The notes under the pieces: model-generated | Databases searched by the model: none | What the model saw: the letters and a program-made list of their open reading frames with translations, nothing else | What the model was told of the DNA's origin: nothing | From: Pocillopora damicornis | Taxonomy: Eukaryota | Assembly: GCF_003704095.1 (NCBI RefSeq) | Contig: NW_020845843.1 | Span: 1-64,000, forward strand | DNA: 64,000 bases | Direction: 5' to 3' | Shown here: piece after piece, positions 1 to 13,900 of the stretch | How the letters are laid out: every line of letters starts with the position of its first letter | How positions within the stretch are numbered: the first letter of the stretch is position 1 | Program-made: the position numbers and the translations under genes

Positions 1-3000
1 CTGAAGTTGATTTTTCTGAAGTAAGTTCAACATCTGAGGACACTTATCAGGTTCCAAGTTCTTCAAGCAAAGATATATGTACAGACTTGTATGAGGAAGG
101 TATGCCAAAGTCAGAATCTAAAGTTCCAGTTGTAAATAATGATGACAATACTGATGAGAAACCTAAGAAGGGATTGTTACTTCTTGGGGAATATACAGAC
201 AATGGAAAAAATACTGAAGAAGATGTTGTAAATTCAAGTGGAGTTAGATCCAAAGAAACTGCAGTGGATAAGTCAAGTCAAGAGACTACCAAAGCTCAAT
301 GTGGCAGCATTGCAGAGGTTGTCACATCAAGTGAAACTCCCAGCAAGGATGAAGCTTGTAGCATTGGGTTTGCCAATGATGTCCTTTTTTTTTATGACAA
401 AACATCATTCATAGGAGAGAACAAAGGTGCCTTGGATGTTAAAGCTTTGGTAACTGACAGTCTTGCAAAAAGTGAGAAAGCAAAGGAGGATGGTCAAATT
501 TCTGCTTCAGATTCTAGTGACAGTGAGAGGTCCTCTGACAGCAAGAAGGACTCCAAGAAATCTAAGAAAGATAAAAGCAAAAAAAAGGATAAGAAGAAAA
601 AGAAAAAGAAACATAAGAAACAGAAGCAAGAGCTTGAAAGACAAGGGCCACCTGATAACAGAGGTACTGTACATAAAAGGGGAAAGTATTTGCTTGTGGC
701 ATGTTCTTGTGTCTATTTCCTGATATGTTTTGTTTCTTGTGTCTGTTTCCTAATTTTTGTTATGTTTTAATATTTGTTCTAATGTACTTACATATATGCT
801 ATTATTTTGAACTCTTACGTTAAGGTCATAGTAACATGTGCTTCATTAGGGTACATACATATGCTATTTATGCCATGGTGGGTGTGTAACCAAATCCATT
901 GCCAAATCTCAGCCTGTACTAAGGGCAGTGGTCTAATAATTATTGTCTTAATGTACTCCTTTGTTTGAGAAGACCTATGCAACCCTGTCTTTTTAATTTG
1001 AAGATGTTGATGAAAAGAAAGAAAAGGACCAAAACAGACCCCAAGGTAAAGGAAGAAGCAGGAGTAGGAGTCGTAGTAGAAGCAAACTTGAAAGCCACAC
1101 TAAAAGCTCAGAAAAATCTGCGAACCCAAAGCCCCCGAAGCACTCCAGAAGTAGAAGTAGAGAGAGATTTTCAAGGCATCATCATCACAGCAGGAGTAGA
1201 TCACATGAAAAAGATAGAAAGTTAAAGCATTGTAGTGAGAGATCAAAAAGATCCAGAAGCCGTTCATCTAGCAAAAGACATTCACCAACAAAGAGAAATA
1301 GACTCTCCAAACATCAGTCATCCAGGGGTAGATCCTGGAATAGAGGTAACTCACCATCAGTGAAGAGGAATGAGAGGCACCGCTCAACTTCCAAGACAAG
1401 ATCATCCAAAAGAGACTATCCCTCATCTAGAAAAAGGAATTTATCACAAAGCCCATCACCTCATAAGCACAGAGATAATAGAAAAAGCAGATCACCAGAA
1501 AGACATTCCTGTTCTTCAGAAAGAAAAGGTGCTCCTCCTGTAAAGAACAGAAGGTCCCACAGCAATAAAAATAATTCAGTTCCTAGACAATCAAGATCTC
1601 CAAATAAAAGGGAACATAAAAGCAGATCTTCACCATCAAGAAAGCTGTCCCACCGCACATCTTCAGCATCAGACAGCCTTGACTCAGGACACTTTACGAA
1701 CATTCCATTGACTCTGCCAAACAAACAAGAAGATCAAGTTACTGGCAGAAAAGAATCAGTAGAAAAGATGCCAGGAGTAGAACTTGCAATGGAGGCTAGT
1801 GTTGTATTAAAATCTGAAGTAGATATAGAGAAGCAAGTGTCTCCTTCAGACAGTCCACTGAAAGTATGGGAGGATGAATTTGATTTTGTGTTCACAGAGC
1901 GGCTGTCAGCCAAAGATGGAACTGAAAAGACAGTGGAAGATGTTCTTTTTGGAAAAGAAATAATAGATCCAAAGACTCCTGACTCCCTCAAAAGTAAAGC
2001 TACCAAAGAGAGGTAAATTCTAGTTATCATAATGACAAGAAAAACTAATCCCTAAAGCAAGAAAGTGTTATACACTGTACACATACATGTAAATGGTACA
2101 AGTAGTGGGGGCTGATAATTGCAGTTGCATATGACTCATACTAGAAGTTAGATATTATATTAACATTGGGTAAGCAACTCACTGAAACTGTCCAGACAGT
2201 GTAAATCCTATCACTTCCAGGAAAGACCAAAAATTACATGCATCAAATTATCATTTACATGCAGAAAGGTGATAAGAAGAAAGAAAAATGTCAAATAGAC
2301 TCATTTGGGATGTAGTTTTAACCCCAATTCTGTGAACTGAATTTACAAGACATGTACTCTTACTAGCAGGCAGTGTAGAGAATTAATATGTAGACCTGGG
2401 TGAGGAAAGGGCAATTTTACATTTGTATTTTTTTAACATTGGGTACAATGTAAGCAACTCACTGAAACTGTCCAGACAGTGTAAATCCTATCACTTCCAG
2501 GAATGACCAAAAATTACATGCATCAAATTATCATTTACATGCAGAAAGGTGATAAGAAGAAAGAAAAATGTCAAATGGACTCATTTAGGATGTAGTTTTA
2601 ACCCCAATTCTGTGAACTGAATTTACAAGACATGTACACTTACTAGAAGGCAGTGTAGAGAATTAATATGTAGACCTGGGTGAGGAAAGGGCAATTTTAC
2701 ATTTGTATTTTTTTCAGTCCCTAGTCACGGTCAGTGTCTGTCAACTTTTATTAACCTGTGAGTTTGTCTTTTCTTGAAGCTTCAAAAGTAACGACAGCAG
2801 AGCATCCCTTGCCAAGGAAGTTAAAAAAACCAAAGAGGAACCACAAACTAAGGAAAAGGAAGAGTCAGAAAAGAAAAAAAGTCAGCAATGTAAAGAACCC
2901 AGTTCAAAATCCAAGCAAGAAAATTCTAAGGTTAAAGATGCTAAGAAAGTTCCAAATGCATCTAAGTTAAAGGATAGCATTGGTGAAGTGAAACCAGTTA

Positions 3001-5271
3001 AAAGCAATTGTGTAAAAACATGTAACACCAATGGTGTCCAAAAGACTACTGATGATAGTACTGTACATCAGAGTGCAGAGGAGTCTGGGAAATCAGCCTT
3101 TATGCCTTCAAAGTTTGAATCTATACCCTTCTTAGGGGATACTCCACCTGGTGCCATCTCAGAAAACAGAGAACTTCAACTCCCAATAATCCCAGCTCCA
3201 GGAGGTAGGGGTCTCCTACCCATTCCTTCATTTCCTGCCCACCCCTGGATACAATTGAATAGTATAGTGCATGGTGTTGGTCTCAACAAACCTAAGGGTT
3301 CTCAAAGTCTTTTACCTAAACCTGGGACACTTCCAAATATTCCTGCCAAAGATGGTAACATTGACAAAATAAGGAAAAACTTAAGTTCCAGTCCTATGGA
3401 CATGGAGATGTCATCACCAGAAGGGGATATCATTGACAAACTTAATGAAGAATTTTGGAGACAGCAGGAACAGCAAAATCAAGACAATGCAAAGAATATG
3501 GATCATGAGGGAATAGAACTAGTGTCTGTAGACTCTATTAGGAATGACCAGTATTCAGTTGATGAACCTTATGAGCCTGAAACTGGTGTTTTGATCAGTG
3601 ACGAATTTGAAGAGGATTTGGATAGCATAACTGATCCTAATGAGAGGAAAAAACTAGAGAAAAAGCAGCAGAAGGAGAAAACTAAAGTACAGGTATGATG
3701 GTTTGAGAGGTCCAACATTAATACTTGTTTTACTGGTCTTAACCCTTTGACTCAGCATCTAATTTCTCCACATAATATCACTCCTCAATCAAACATTAAG
3801 GTAACAAGAATTTAGTAAATGATAAGCAACTTGACTGTTAGACAAATTCTCCTCATCAGCACTTTAAGAAATATATAGAGAATGGTATGGAGAATATGCA
3901 TACTGATGTTAGGGCATAAATGGTTTTTCTAGGAGAGCAGTGAAAGTAACCCAACTAATGTAGCAATCAATTCAAAACTTAAACATTCCCCCTCCCTCCC
4001 CTAAGAAACCCCCTGGCCATTTGAGTCTTAACAGTGAAGAAATTTATGGAATTTCAACTCAATCTCTAACTTTCCCTCATGAAGGGCAATTCTTTTGATA
4101 CCCATGCCATGATTAGGACCTCAGCTCGGAGCCATTGAATTTGCTCTTCACCCTCTCTACCTTGGATTATAAATGAACACTAGCATAGTGACAGGAAGAC
4201 TTTACAAATTTTAGGGGGTAATCATGGAGTGAAAACAGTGAAACAGTGCTCCCAGTCCACTTGGTTAGTAAGACTTAGCCTACATTTAACTATCCTGTGG
4301 GTTTTCCTGTAGGAACTGATAGACAGGCTCCATCGCCAGGCCAGAGTGGAAGAAGAAGTGAAACATGTTCTCAAAGCATACTACAAACACAAGGATATTA
4401 GCAAGGAACAGTATAAGAGTATTCTCAGAAGAGCTGTTCCACAGGTTTGTTGCAGACATTTTACCTTGTAACCTGTCAACATCTTTCCAGAAATAACTAT
4501 TCACAATTGGTTGTCATAAGTGATCATACTTTGGATGTGTGGCTGTTGAAGCTTGAAATCCATAGAATGATTTGAAGGCTCAGTGGTGATGCAACAGTAC
4601 ATGTGTTGGACTCCATATGGATAGGTTTATACTCAACCTTGCCTAGATCATTCATGATGGAAGCACTCTTAAGCAACAGACAATTATATATTTACCTTTA
4701 GACTACAAGCTAAATTATGCAGACATTTTTATTGGTTTGCAATTATGGTTTATCTGAGAACAGGTGCATGGATGACATCATTAACAACATTTGCTTCTCT
4801 ATTATATTAAACAGATTGATTGCATTTTGTGGTGGGTCTGTCCACTAATAGATCACAGATGTCATCAAAGAATGTGATGAGAACATCAGTTACACACTCT
4901 GCTGCACCTTGTGGACCACTTTTTTTTATTCATACTTCATTTTGGCGTTATCTGTGATATGTTGCAGAACAGACACACAGCAACATGGAATTTATTTGTC
5001 ACTTAGATTTGGCAACTGCATGCATGGAAACTGACTTACACTTTGTATGTATGATTCTGTTTTCTTCAACAAGGCAATACACTTCTACAGCAGTTTCATT
5101 GAGGTGGAAAACAAAAGTTTCTCCTTAACTGATTTTAAAAGCCTCTGAATTGTGTTATTTTCCATTTCATTGTAGATAACAAGCTCTAGCAGTGCTATTG
5201 ACCCAGAGAGAATCAGATCATTTGTGAAGAAGTGCGTAGTGAAGATGAAGAAAAAGCATCGTGATTCTTAG
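1..5271 (+). CDS. RS-rich SCAF11/SCAF1/PHRF1-family protein (Pol II CTD-associated factor), 5'-partial; exons <1-663, 1004-2012, 2780-3692, 4313-4444, 5176-5271
   Basis: Phase-compatible GT-AG exons. RS dipeptide region (GRSRSRSRSRS...). C-terminal domain ELIDRLHRQARVEEEVKHVLKAYYKHKDISKEQYKSILRRAVPQ|ITSSSSAIDPERIRSFVKKCV matches the SCAF1/SCAF11/PHRF1 C-terminal CTD-binding domain. Which paralog it is cannot be decided without the N-terminus. Confidence 0.85.
2161..2714. repeat. Intronic tandem duplication, 2 x ~275 bp
   Basis: 2161-2433 and 2434-2714 are near-identical: about 5 substitutions and a 7-bp insertion in copy 2. Confidence 0.95.
3739..3925. mobile_element. Degenerate short interspersed repeat/MITE-like element (TTAACCCTT-type end); related copy at ~5503-5705
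   Basis: Begins ttaaccctttgac. Its 3' end (atggagaatatgcatactgatgttaggg) is reverse-complementary to ccctaacaccaatatccatcttctccat at 5522-5549. Confidence 0.5.
4800..5000. repeat. Palindromic interspersed repeat; related copy at ~8281-8485
   Basis: Both copies share aatagatca...aatgtg..agaacatcagt...ttttg..gt....tgtgat....gaacaga...atggaatttatt and have self-complementary arms. Confidence 0.55.
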
Positions 5272-6379
5272 TTTTCTAGGTGCTCAAACAATTGTTTTAT
5301 TACTGCAGAAGCTTGTTTATTGGCTATTTAAACAGGCATCATATTGTGCAATATTTTCCCCACCAAAGCAGTTAGTTGCTTTTTAAGATGGCTATTCAGA
5401 ATATCAAGGGACTTATGTCACATTACTTTGGATGATTCCCAGCCTCAAAGAATAAACTTTGAAAATAATCATTTTAAAAAATGATTGTATTGTGTGAAGA
5501 CAAACCCTTTGATCTTTTATACCCTAACACCAATATCCATCTTCTCCATGCTCTTTTTTATGTACTGAGAAGGAGAATTTGTTTGACGATCAAAGCTTCC
5601 TAGGTTGGCAATCATTTCCTTCATTCTCATGATCCTAAAGAGTGATTCAGCAGTATTACACTAAGAAGAGAGAAGATGCTGGTCACTCTTAAGGTTTTAG
5701 GGGATAAGAAGTTAAATTATATTAAAAAAGGAAAGGATGGAAAAAAAATTACCATGAACTACACATGGAATACTCGTTAATTCAGACTCAGTTTTTCAAG
5801 ATGATCACAATTTTTTTATCTTTTGTGAATCAGTTACATTCATACAAATAAACAGAAGAATAAGCTCCTTTTAATGATCTGTCTCAATGATAGCCATATT
5901 GTTTTGTAACGTGTAATAGTTGCCTCTAGATTCAACCACTAGGGCTACATTATAGCACATTGTGTTGGTGGTGGTTTTGCTAAGGTTGTCCTTCTTAACT
6001 AATGATTGTTCGTTAAAAGTTGTGCCTGTGAGATGTGGATGTTTTTTTCAAATCTCAATTTCATCAAGTTGATTGTATTGCAGTTCTAATATTGAATAAA
6101 TCATGGCAATTTCAATACAAATGGGAGGTAGCTGGACAATGCTTCACGTTATTAAAAAAAAGAACAACCCATTCAGTAAATTTGGTTTTATCAATTGAGT
6201 GGATAATGTACTTGGTACTGTTAGCACTTGGCTAACTTTCAGATTTCATCTAGGTCTCAGAAATTGTATCCTTATATAAGTTGGGTAAAATAACGATGGA
6301 AAAAATGAAGCGCATCTAAGAAATCAGTCAATATTGCTTGTGGCACCGAATCAAAAAACAAAGCCCCTTTATGTTTTTG

Positions 6380-6900
6380 TAATTTTGTTTTTCCTTTTTT
6401 GCCTGACCCTTCCTCTTTTCGTGTGCCCGTGTTTTCGCTCGTTTTTCGCTCGTACCGGGAGCGAGGCCTAAGAAAAATAAAGAGGGTACTTGAGATGATT
6501 GGTTCCTGGATCATAGATCCATGATGCATTTGGAGTAGATTCAGACCTTCTATTCTGCTTTAAGAACAAGACGATAACAAAGTTCAAAGAGGAATAAGAA
6601 CACAAAGAAGAGGTTGGTTATTTTTTCTTCTTTCTTTTGGAATTTCCAAGGAAATTAGCCAGTCTTGGAGTCGACAATTTCACTGAATTTTTTAGTTTTC
6701 TTCGTCTAATAATTTTTTACCTTTTTTTTTTTCTCGTTTTTCATTTTTTAGTCTAATGTTATTGGTTTTTGTTTTGTTTTGTTTTTTTGCCAGCCATTCT
6801 CTTTACTTACTGCATCCGCACCATCTGTTTATGTGTGCAGCGGTTTCACGCGAGGACGTGTCTTCACAAAATGGCGGAAGTCAACCATGCAAAGTGTTTT
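6380..6900 (+). promoter_or_regulatory. CpG-rich putative promoter/first-exon region of PHRF1 with YY1-type motif AAAATGGCGG (6868-6877)
   Basis: Local CpG enrichment between two CpG-poor gene bodies. Candidate donors near 6612 and 6941. The first clear coding exon (7909) is preceded by a splice acceptor, so an upstream exon is required. Confidence 0.5.
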
Positions 6901-7909
6901 TTGTAATGAGTCTGCTTAAATAGCTTTACAAAACTGCTTGGTGAGGTAGTTATAAGTCATTTATCTTTGCATGTTTACATAACATTTTGAGTCAACGAGA
7001 TTTTAGTGCTTCGAGTCCGTTAATGCGTTTTTTTCCCGCATAAATTGCATACAGACACGTTCGATGATTCTAAAATTATGAGCTTTAAATACTTTTGTTA
7101 CAATAAGTTGCCTGTGTGCAAGTGAAGCGGCTTTAAGAATTGGATATGTTTGCAAATCGTTTTGTTGCTTGTGCATAGATATCTCTCAGCTGATAACGGT
7201 ATGTTTCACATGTACATACAGTACAGATTCGTGCTTATTGTGTAACTTCGATGCAGCCGGACATGCTTATGTAATGTCTAAAATATTTTCACTTTCGATG
7301 GTTGATTCCTCATTACACCTCGAAACTGCATCCAAATTTCACTCACTTGATTCTTTATATTTTAGCTGCAAAATAATTGTGTTTCTAAAATTTACCAGTG
7401 TTACCTCAAGTGATTTAAGTTTTCTCAGAAAACAGTCTTATTTGACAAATTTAAAGTGTATTTAAGGTGAATTCTTGCATTTTTGTTCCTGCCTCAAGAC
7501 AGATCGGCTTGATTTTAGATTTTAGAGATAGATATCTTTGGTATAGCTTCAAAATCAGAATGTATGAAACTACCCTTGATCATAATTTACTGTTTCCAGG
7601 AAATGAACATTGAATCATACAAAAATGCACTACTTAGCCAAGTTATTCGCACTTCATATGGTCAAATTGCTAGATTTTGGGATCTCATGCCTTATCACAG
7701 TTTAAAGACCTCAAAGCTGTCATGGCATGTGAAAGCATACAATTAAAATTAATTCATATCTAACTACCATGATCAAACCAGCTCAGTTCAAATGTTAAAG
7801 GTATGCATAGTTTCCTGAATGTTTATCCTTGAAATATCAAAAAGGGACTGAAATTTGTTATGACGAGATCATTACTAAGTAATATATCTTCTCATTTATC
7901 AAACACAGA

Positions 7910-10900
7910 ATGTCAGCTCTTCTAGACAGTGATAGTAGTGATGGAGAAGATGAAGATTTTGAAGGTTTTGTTGTCAGTCCTGAAGAAAAGGCAAGCTACA
8001 GAGTGTGGTCAAGGAGAAGAAGAGCTTTAAATGCGGTGGATAGTGACTCTGAAAGTGAAGATGATGATAATGAGGAAGATGATGAGGAGGATGGAGACGG
8101 TGAAGAAGAGGAAGAAGAATGTGAGGGTCTGTTTCAATGTGAAACAGGGGTTGCTTACATAGCTGCCAAAGTGTATCCCTTCTTATATAATATGTGGAAT
8201 TTTATAGAAATTTTGACTGGTTCTTTCTTATGATCTATTAGATGATTGCAACAACTTTCTTGCTTTTTTTATTGTAGAAAACAAATACATTCCATGTTGC
8301 CATGGGTCTACAACTCAGAAATAGATCATGCAAGAATTCAAAATGTGGTTAGAACATCAGTGACTCAGTTGGCTCTTCCTAATGTGCCACTTTTTCATTC
8401 TTACCACATCATTTTTGATGTCTTTTGTGATCTACCTGTATTTCTGAACAGATGCATGGTGATATGGAATTTATTCATTAATTCCATAACATGAAGGAGC
8501 AGGGAGGATTGATCTATGACACAACTGATAGGATGCATAAAATGGCAAGTTACTGCTCAGGATTTTGTCAACTTTTCTCAGCAGCTTGCTGTTATATATT
8601 CTGGTGAGAGGAGAGAGAGTGGCAATACCAGAATTTGACTTCAAAAAAAGTAAAGAAGATCCTAAGATTTTTTTAAATTGTATTCTGTAGATGAAGAAAA
8701 TGACGAACTTGATGCTGTTCTTGACGATGTGAACTTTGATGAATCTGGTGAAGAGACATCCACAAGCAACACTGACCAGTGTCCAGTGTGTTTGATGTCT
8801 TTTAAAGAGCAGCTACTGGGAACACCTAACAACTGTTCACATGTGTTTTGTTTTGAATGTATACAGGAATGGTCAAAGGTGAGAAGGACATCCAGAACCT
8901 TACAGGTTGATAACTTTCAAACTTAAAGGAGCTTGGTGCAAACTGGAACTCGGTTTCACAAACTTCTCTCACCTCAAACTTATAGACTAATAAAGTGATG
9001 AGGAAACTTGTTTTATTAACATTGTATTCAAGAGACATGATTTTGCTGTATTTTTGTTTCTTTGGATAGAATGCCAATACTTGTCCAGTTGGACGGAAAC
9101 CTTACACTGAAATATTAGTGCATGCTTCAAGGAAAGGACCTGTGTTACAGAAAGTAAGACAGCTATGTTGAAAATCTAAGTTCATGTGATTAAGACCCTA
9201 AACTTGCTCTAAGATGAAGACATTTGCTTATGTCTGTAGTCTCTTTCAGTGTAGGCCCAGTGTGTTTGGTAATCAGTGCACAGTGACATTTTCCTCACTT
9301 GAATGTCATATTTTGATTTAGATTCCAGTTGAAGAAAGACTAGAAGAAGAAGATGAAATGGAGGATGATCCGACATATTGTGAGGTATAGTTATTCATTC
9401 AGGGGTTTTATCTCACTATTTGGGATTCTTGGCCCTTTTGTTTCACAATGTGTGACATGGTTCTTGAGTTTTTACACCTTGTTAAGAGCTGACAATATGT
9501 GAAATCATGATCTGATCCCCAAAAAATAATACACATGAAGTAACTGTTTTCCTTTTCTTAAGACATAAGACTTTGGTATCTATCACTTTGATGTAACTCA
9601 AAGTATGAACTAACTCAAAGTATGAACTATAAAATTAATGATAATAATTATACTATTAAAAATTCAAAGTTTTTGTTAAGCTTGGACGAGTTGCATGGTA
9701 CTTTGGACAAGAATCCTACCTCAGTTTTGACTTTTCATCTGTTTTAAGATTTGTAGTCTTTATGACAGAGAAGAACAAATGTTGCTATGTGATGGATGTG
9801 ATAATGGGTGAGTCTTGATGCAAAGGCTTCTAAGAGTTGTGTAGAGTTACCAAGGTTATACTCACTGTGATCATCACCTTCTATAATAATCCAAAATTTC
9901 CAATATGACAGCAATAAAATTGGAGGCTTATTTCCCAACCAGTTCAGTCTTANNNNNNNNNNNNNNNNNNNNNNNNNNNNNNNNNNNNNNNNNNNNNNNN
10001 NNNNNNNNNNNNNNNNNNNNNNNNNNNNNNNNNNNNNNNNNNNNNNNNNNNNTAACAGTACTGTCGTTTTTATTAATCCATTTTTTTAATATGTTTCAAG
10101 GATGTGCTGCCTTTTTTTCAAAATCTTGTTTTTAAAGACCAATTGTCATACTGGATACGTTCTTCGAGTGAGACGTACTAAAACATGGGGACAAACGGGG
10201 TAATTGGCGTAAGAAATCATGAGCTTTCATTGAGCCCAATGTGCCAGTCGAATGTTATTAATAAAAGGTCTTCCATCCTAATATTACAAAGTCTTTGTAT
10301 TGTAGCCCCAGCTCGAAGAGCTCGAACAGTCGCCTCGACACGAGGTCGAGGCGGAACCCGCACCGCTCGCAGACAAGGGCGAGCGAGGAGTAGCAGTCGA
10401 GGGTTGGGGCGAGGGAGCAGCACTAGAGTTCGATCGAGTTCAACCACAACTGGAAGGAAAAGGAAGCGTAAAAAGAAGAGGAACAAGAGTAAAAAGAGGA
10501 CGGGCACATCGAGTACAAGAAAAGGAAAGAAATCATCCACAAAAACAACATTGAAGGGAAGAAAGCGGCGTCGAGTATGCGAGGAAGACGAAGTATCGCC
10601 CTTTATCTACGAACCTGTTAGGCGTGGAAGAACAGTTCATGCCCGACTGTTGGAAAGTTTGAGTGCAGCGGGTCCTTCCGGCGCTGAGCCTGGCCGCTCA
10701 GCGTCTCTTGGTAGAGCACCTTTTCCTAACAGAGTCGAACCTAGTTCGAGTTTTTCGTTATTTGGGAATGCTTTTGCCCTGTATGATTTCGACGATCAAG
10801 ATGAGGACATACCCGAGACAGTTCACACTGAGGGTCAGGGTAAAGTTTTGAGGTAAGGTACTATGCAAGAATTAAAACAGGTGTTATCAATTGTGTTTCC

Positions 10901-13900
10901 CTCAGCGATCGCATACTCGGCAAACTGAACCAAGGAGAATCAGCGGCAAGCTAGACCTTACACTAGGGTCATACACGCTGTATATGATATAAAGCGTCCT
11001 AATTTAGTTTGTTTGGTTCAAAGCTCGGCGCCAACTAACCCAGATGTCCTGGGATCTATATTTCAAGACTTGGATTCCTTGCACAGTCCCGGCGTGCAAG
11101 TCGCGCGTGGCGGGAAATTGGTGCAGTCCACTGACCAGTCTTCGACTAAGCATGTCAAGAATAGAGATGCACAGTCAGTACGCAGCATGGACGAAATCAA
11201 GAATGAAAGTAATTTGGAGACCAGATGTGGAGACCAGAGGTGGAAACCAGAAGTGAAAGAGAAAAATTTAGATGACGAGGACAAAAAGACAAAAACTACG
11301 GATAGTACCAAGCATTCATCTGGCGACAAACAAGGAGAAAAGCAGGGCTCGAGGATCGAGACCATTTCTGTTAAACTTTCTTCTTCCAAGTCATCAGAGG
11401 AAAATTATACTGGTGCATGTAGGAAACTGTCAAATGCAGGAGAAATTCAAAATAGCTCTCTTGCGTCGTCAACTTCTTTAAAAAAAAGTTCTCCCCCTCT
11501 AACTTCCCCCTCTTTAAAACCGATGCTCTCTGGTTTCAGAATTCCAAAACGGAGCTCAATTTCAGAAGATAAACCGAATCAAACGCCACCAAGTTTTCAT
11601 GGTAACTCGTCAAGCGTTAATCAGGTACGAAGCCAAAATTTTGCCGTCATTTCCAACTTTAAAATACCAAAAAGGAAAAACTTATCTTTTGATGGAACTC
11701 CAACAGGAACCTCTTTCAATACTGTTAGCAGTAAGCCTGTCAAATCCGTGGGCCAGATGGTAGCGACGCGTTCTTCAAGTATTGTTAAACCAAGAGATAC
11801 GTCATTGTATCGCTTATCTCTAGACAAAGTTGTCTCTCAGTCATGTCCAAAATCTAATGCTATAGAAAGTTCCCGCATTCAATTTAACAGCGTAAGGCCT
11901 CTCCTGCGAGAGCACATAACGAGGCAAGATTCACGGAGTGAGTCAACATCTGTACCATTGGTGACTAGCGTGACTGGTATGACAAAATATCATGCAAATA
12001 ATGTCACTGGCGTTACGTATAAACACACAGCCAGCTCAAGAACCACAGCACCTTGTGTAACGAGTTCAAGTAATACCGCTGCATGTCAGACAAAGTTTGC
12101 TGGCGCAGCTCACAGTCATGATAAAACCACGAACATATCGTGGCCTTTGAGCAAGACAGTTCCTATAATCGACCAACCAGCAACAGAGAAAGAGCAGCGG
12201 CGTAGCAATATCGAAATAATAAGAATGTTGAATGAAAAGCAAAGGAGCATAAGGGAGCAGATGTTTGGTGATCGTAAATGCACGTCCGTTTCTGGTGACT
12301 TGGAAAATGCGCATGCGTTACGACAAAAGGGACTTCATGTTTCTGAAAAGTCACCAAAACGTGGGATTGTGTTACCGATTGCTGTGGTCAAACCATCTCC
12401 TCACGCCCCAAATGTCCTAAGAAGCAGCTCAAGTTCCGTACGCTCTAACAATTCAGAAAACTCACCAGTGAAAAGTATTGCCAGTGGAATTATAGATGCA
12501 CACAGCGGTAATACTGAGGAGTTAAAAAAAGTGTACTCAGAATTTGATTCACCCACCTCTCTTGGATGTGAAATTAGCGGCTCCAGCGTCGGACATGAAG
12601 CGGGGGCCTTAAAACGCGACAGGGAGGCAGTGACAGGAGTTCAAAGTGACAGAGAGCAGCAAAGAAAACTGGTAAGGCTAAATAACAAATTATGATGTTA
12701 TGCAAATTTGTCTGCTATCTTGAAGAATACTTGTGTGTTAAGGGCAGTTTTTGCGAGAGCATAAACACTTCTCTAGCGCCACTGTCAATCATTCAGTCTT
12801 TGGAAATATTATTGAAAGGTGTTTTGCACCCACGGGAGGAAAAATACCCACAATACCTTGCTTCAGCCGAACGTGCCTGTAAGTAGGATCTGATCAATAT
12901 CTGGGCAACCTATGGTTTGCACGCACACACTTTAGGTACTTAGTATCCTTCCTAGAGAAGAAGCAATTCTTCCCATCACTCCTTGAAGCAATTTTCATTT
13001 CAGTGTCTAAAGTATTCCGGGTTGCATTGGTTTTGTTTTACAACGATCTGCGATTGATCTAGCTCGGTAAACTAATAACATTTAAAGCTAAAGCCAATCC
13101 TGATCTGGTTACTTTCGTTTTCCCGCGCTTGTGGTAGTAAACGTGTCATTACTCCAGACATCTTATTGGCTCCTTGTGTAAATTTCCCTCTTTTCTTACT
13201 GGCTGTTGCTAAGGACAGTTCATCGATGTGCGATCTCGCGATATGAAAATCAGTTGGTACGTGCACTGCAACGCTTAAGAAGTTAATTGCTTAAAAGTTT
13301 CCGCTTGTTTTGTGAGATTTTCCTTACCTCTTTTATTTTCCAGGGAATAGCACGACTCCAACGGCATGAGCAAATAGTCGATGAAGTTAAACTGGCACTG
13401 AAGCCATTCTTTAGACATGGAGAGATCACAAAAGATGACTACAAAGTTATCATGAGAAAGAGTGTGGAAAAGGTTTGTTTGAGAGAATTCTTTCAGAGTA
13501 GAACATGTTACTATCCTGAGAAGCAGTCACTAAACAGAGGTGAAACTTCATACACGCTACGACAGTCGGGGTCAAGAAAACTTGAAAAATTTTGGGCGGC
13601 TATATCTTCCTTCATTTTTTGGCCTTTTTTTAATTCGTCTTTTTGGCGCACCTCTAAGTATCCTTTGCTATTCACCTCCGAACAACTCGCGCAGCATTTG
13701 CACTCGAAATGTTTGTGGTCGTTGTAGGAATAAATTAGTTAAAATCATCTTTTCGTGATACTCGAGGCTCGGTAATATTCACCTCTAGCCACCTCCACTT
13801 AGTTTAATAGTTGTTACTGATCGTAAGGGCTTTTTAAGGGCTAAAAATTTTGTTTGCTTAAACACGATTTTTTTTCCTTCTTCAGGTTAAAGAATCAAGT

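Noticed and set aside
1-5271. Assigning the symbol SCAF11, SCAF1 or PHRF1 to gene 1
   Set aside because: The diagnostic N-terminal zinc fingers are outside the window.
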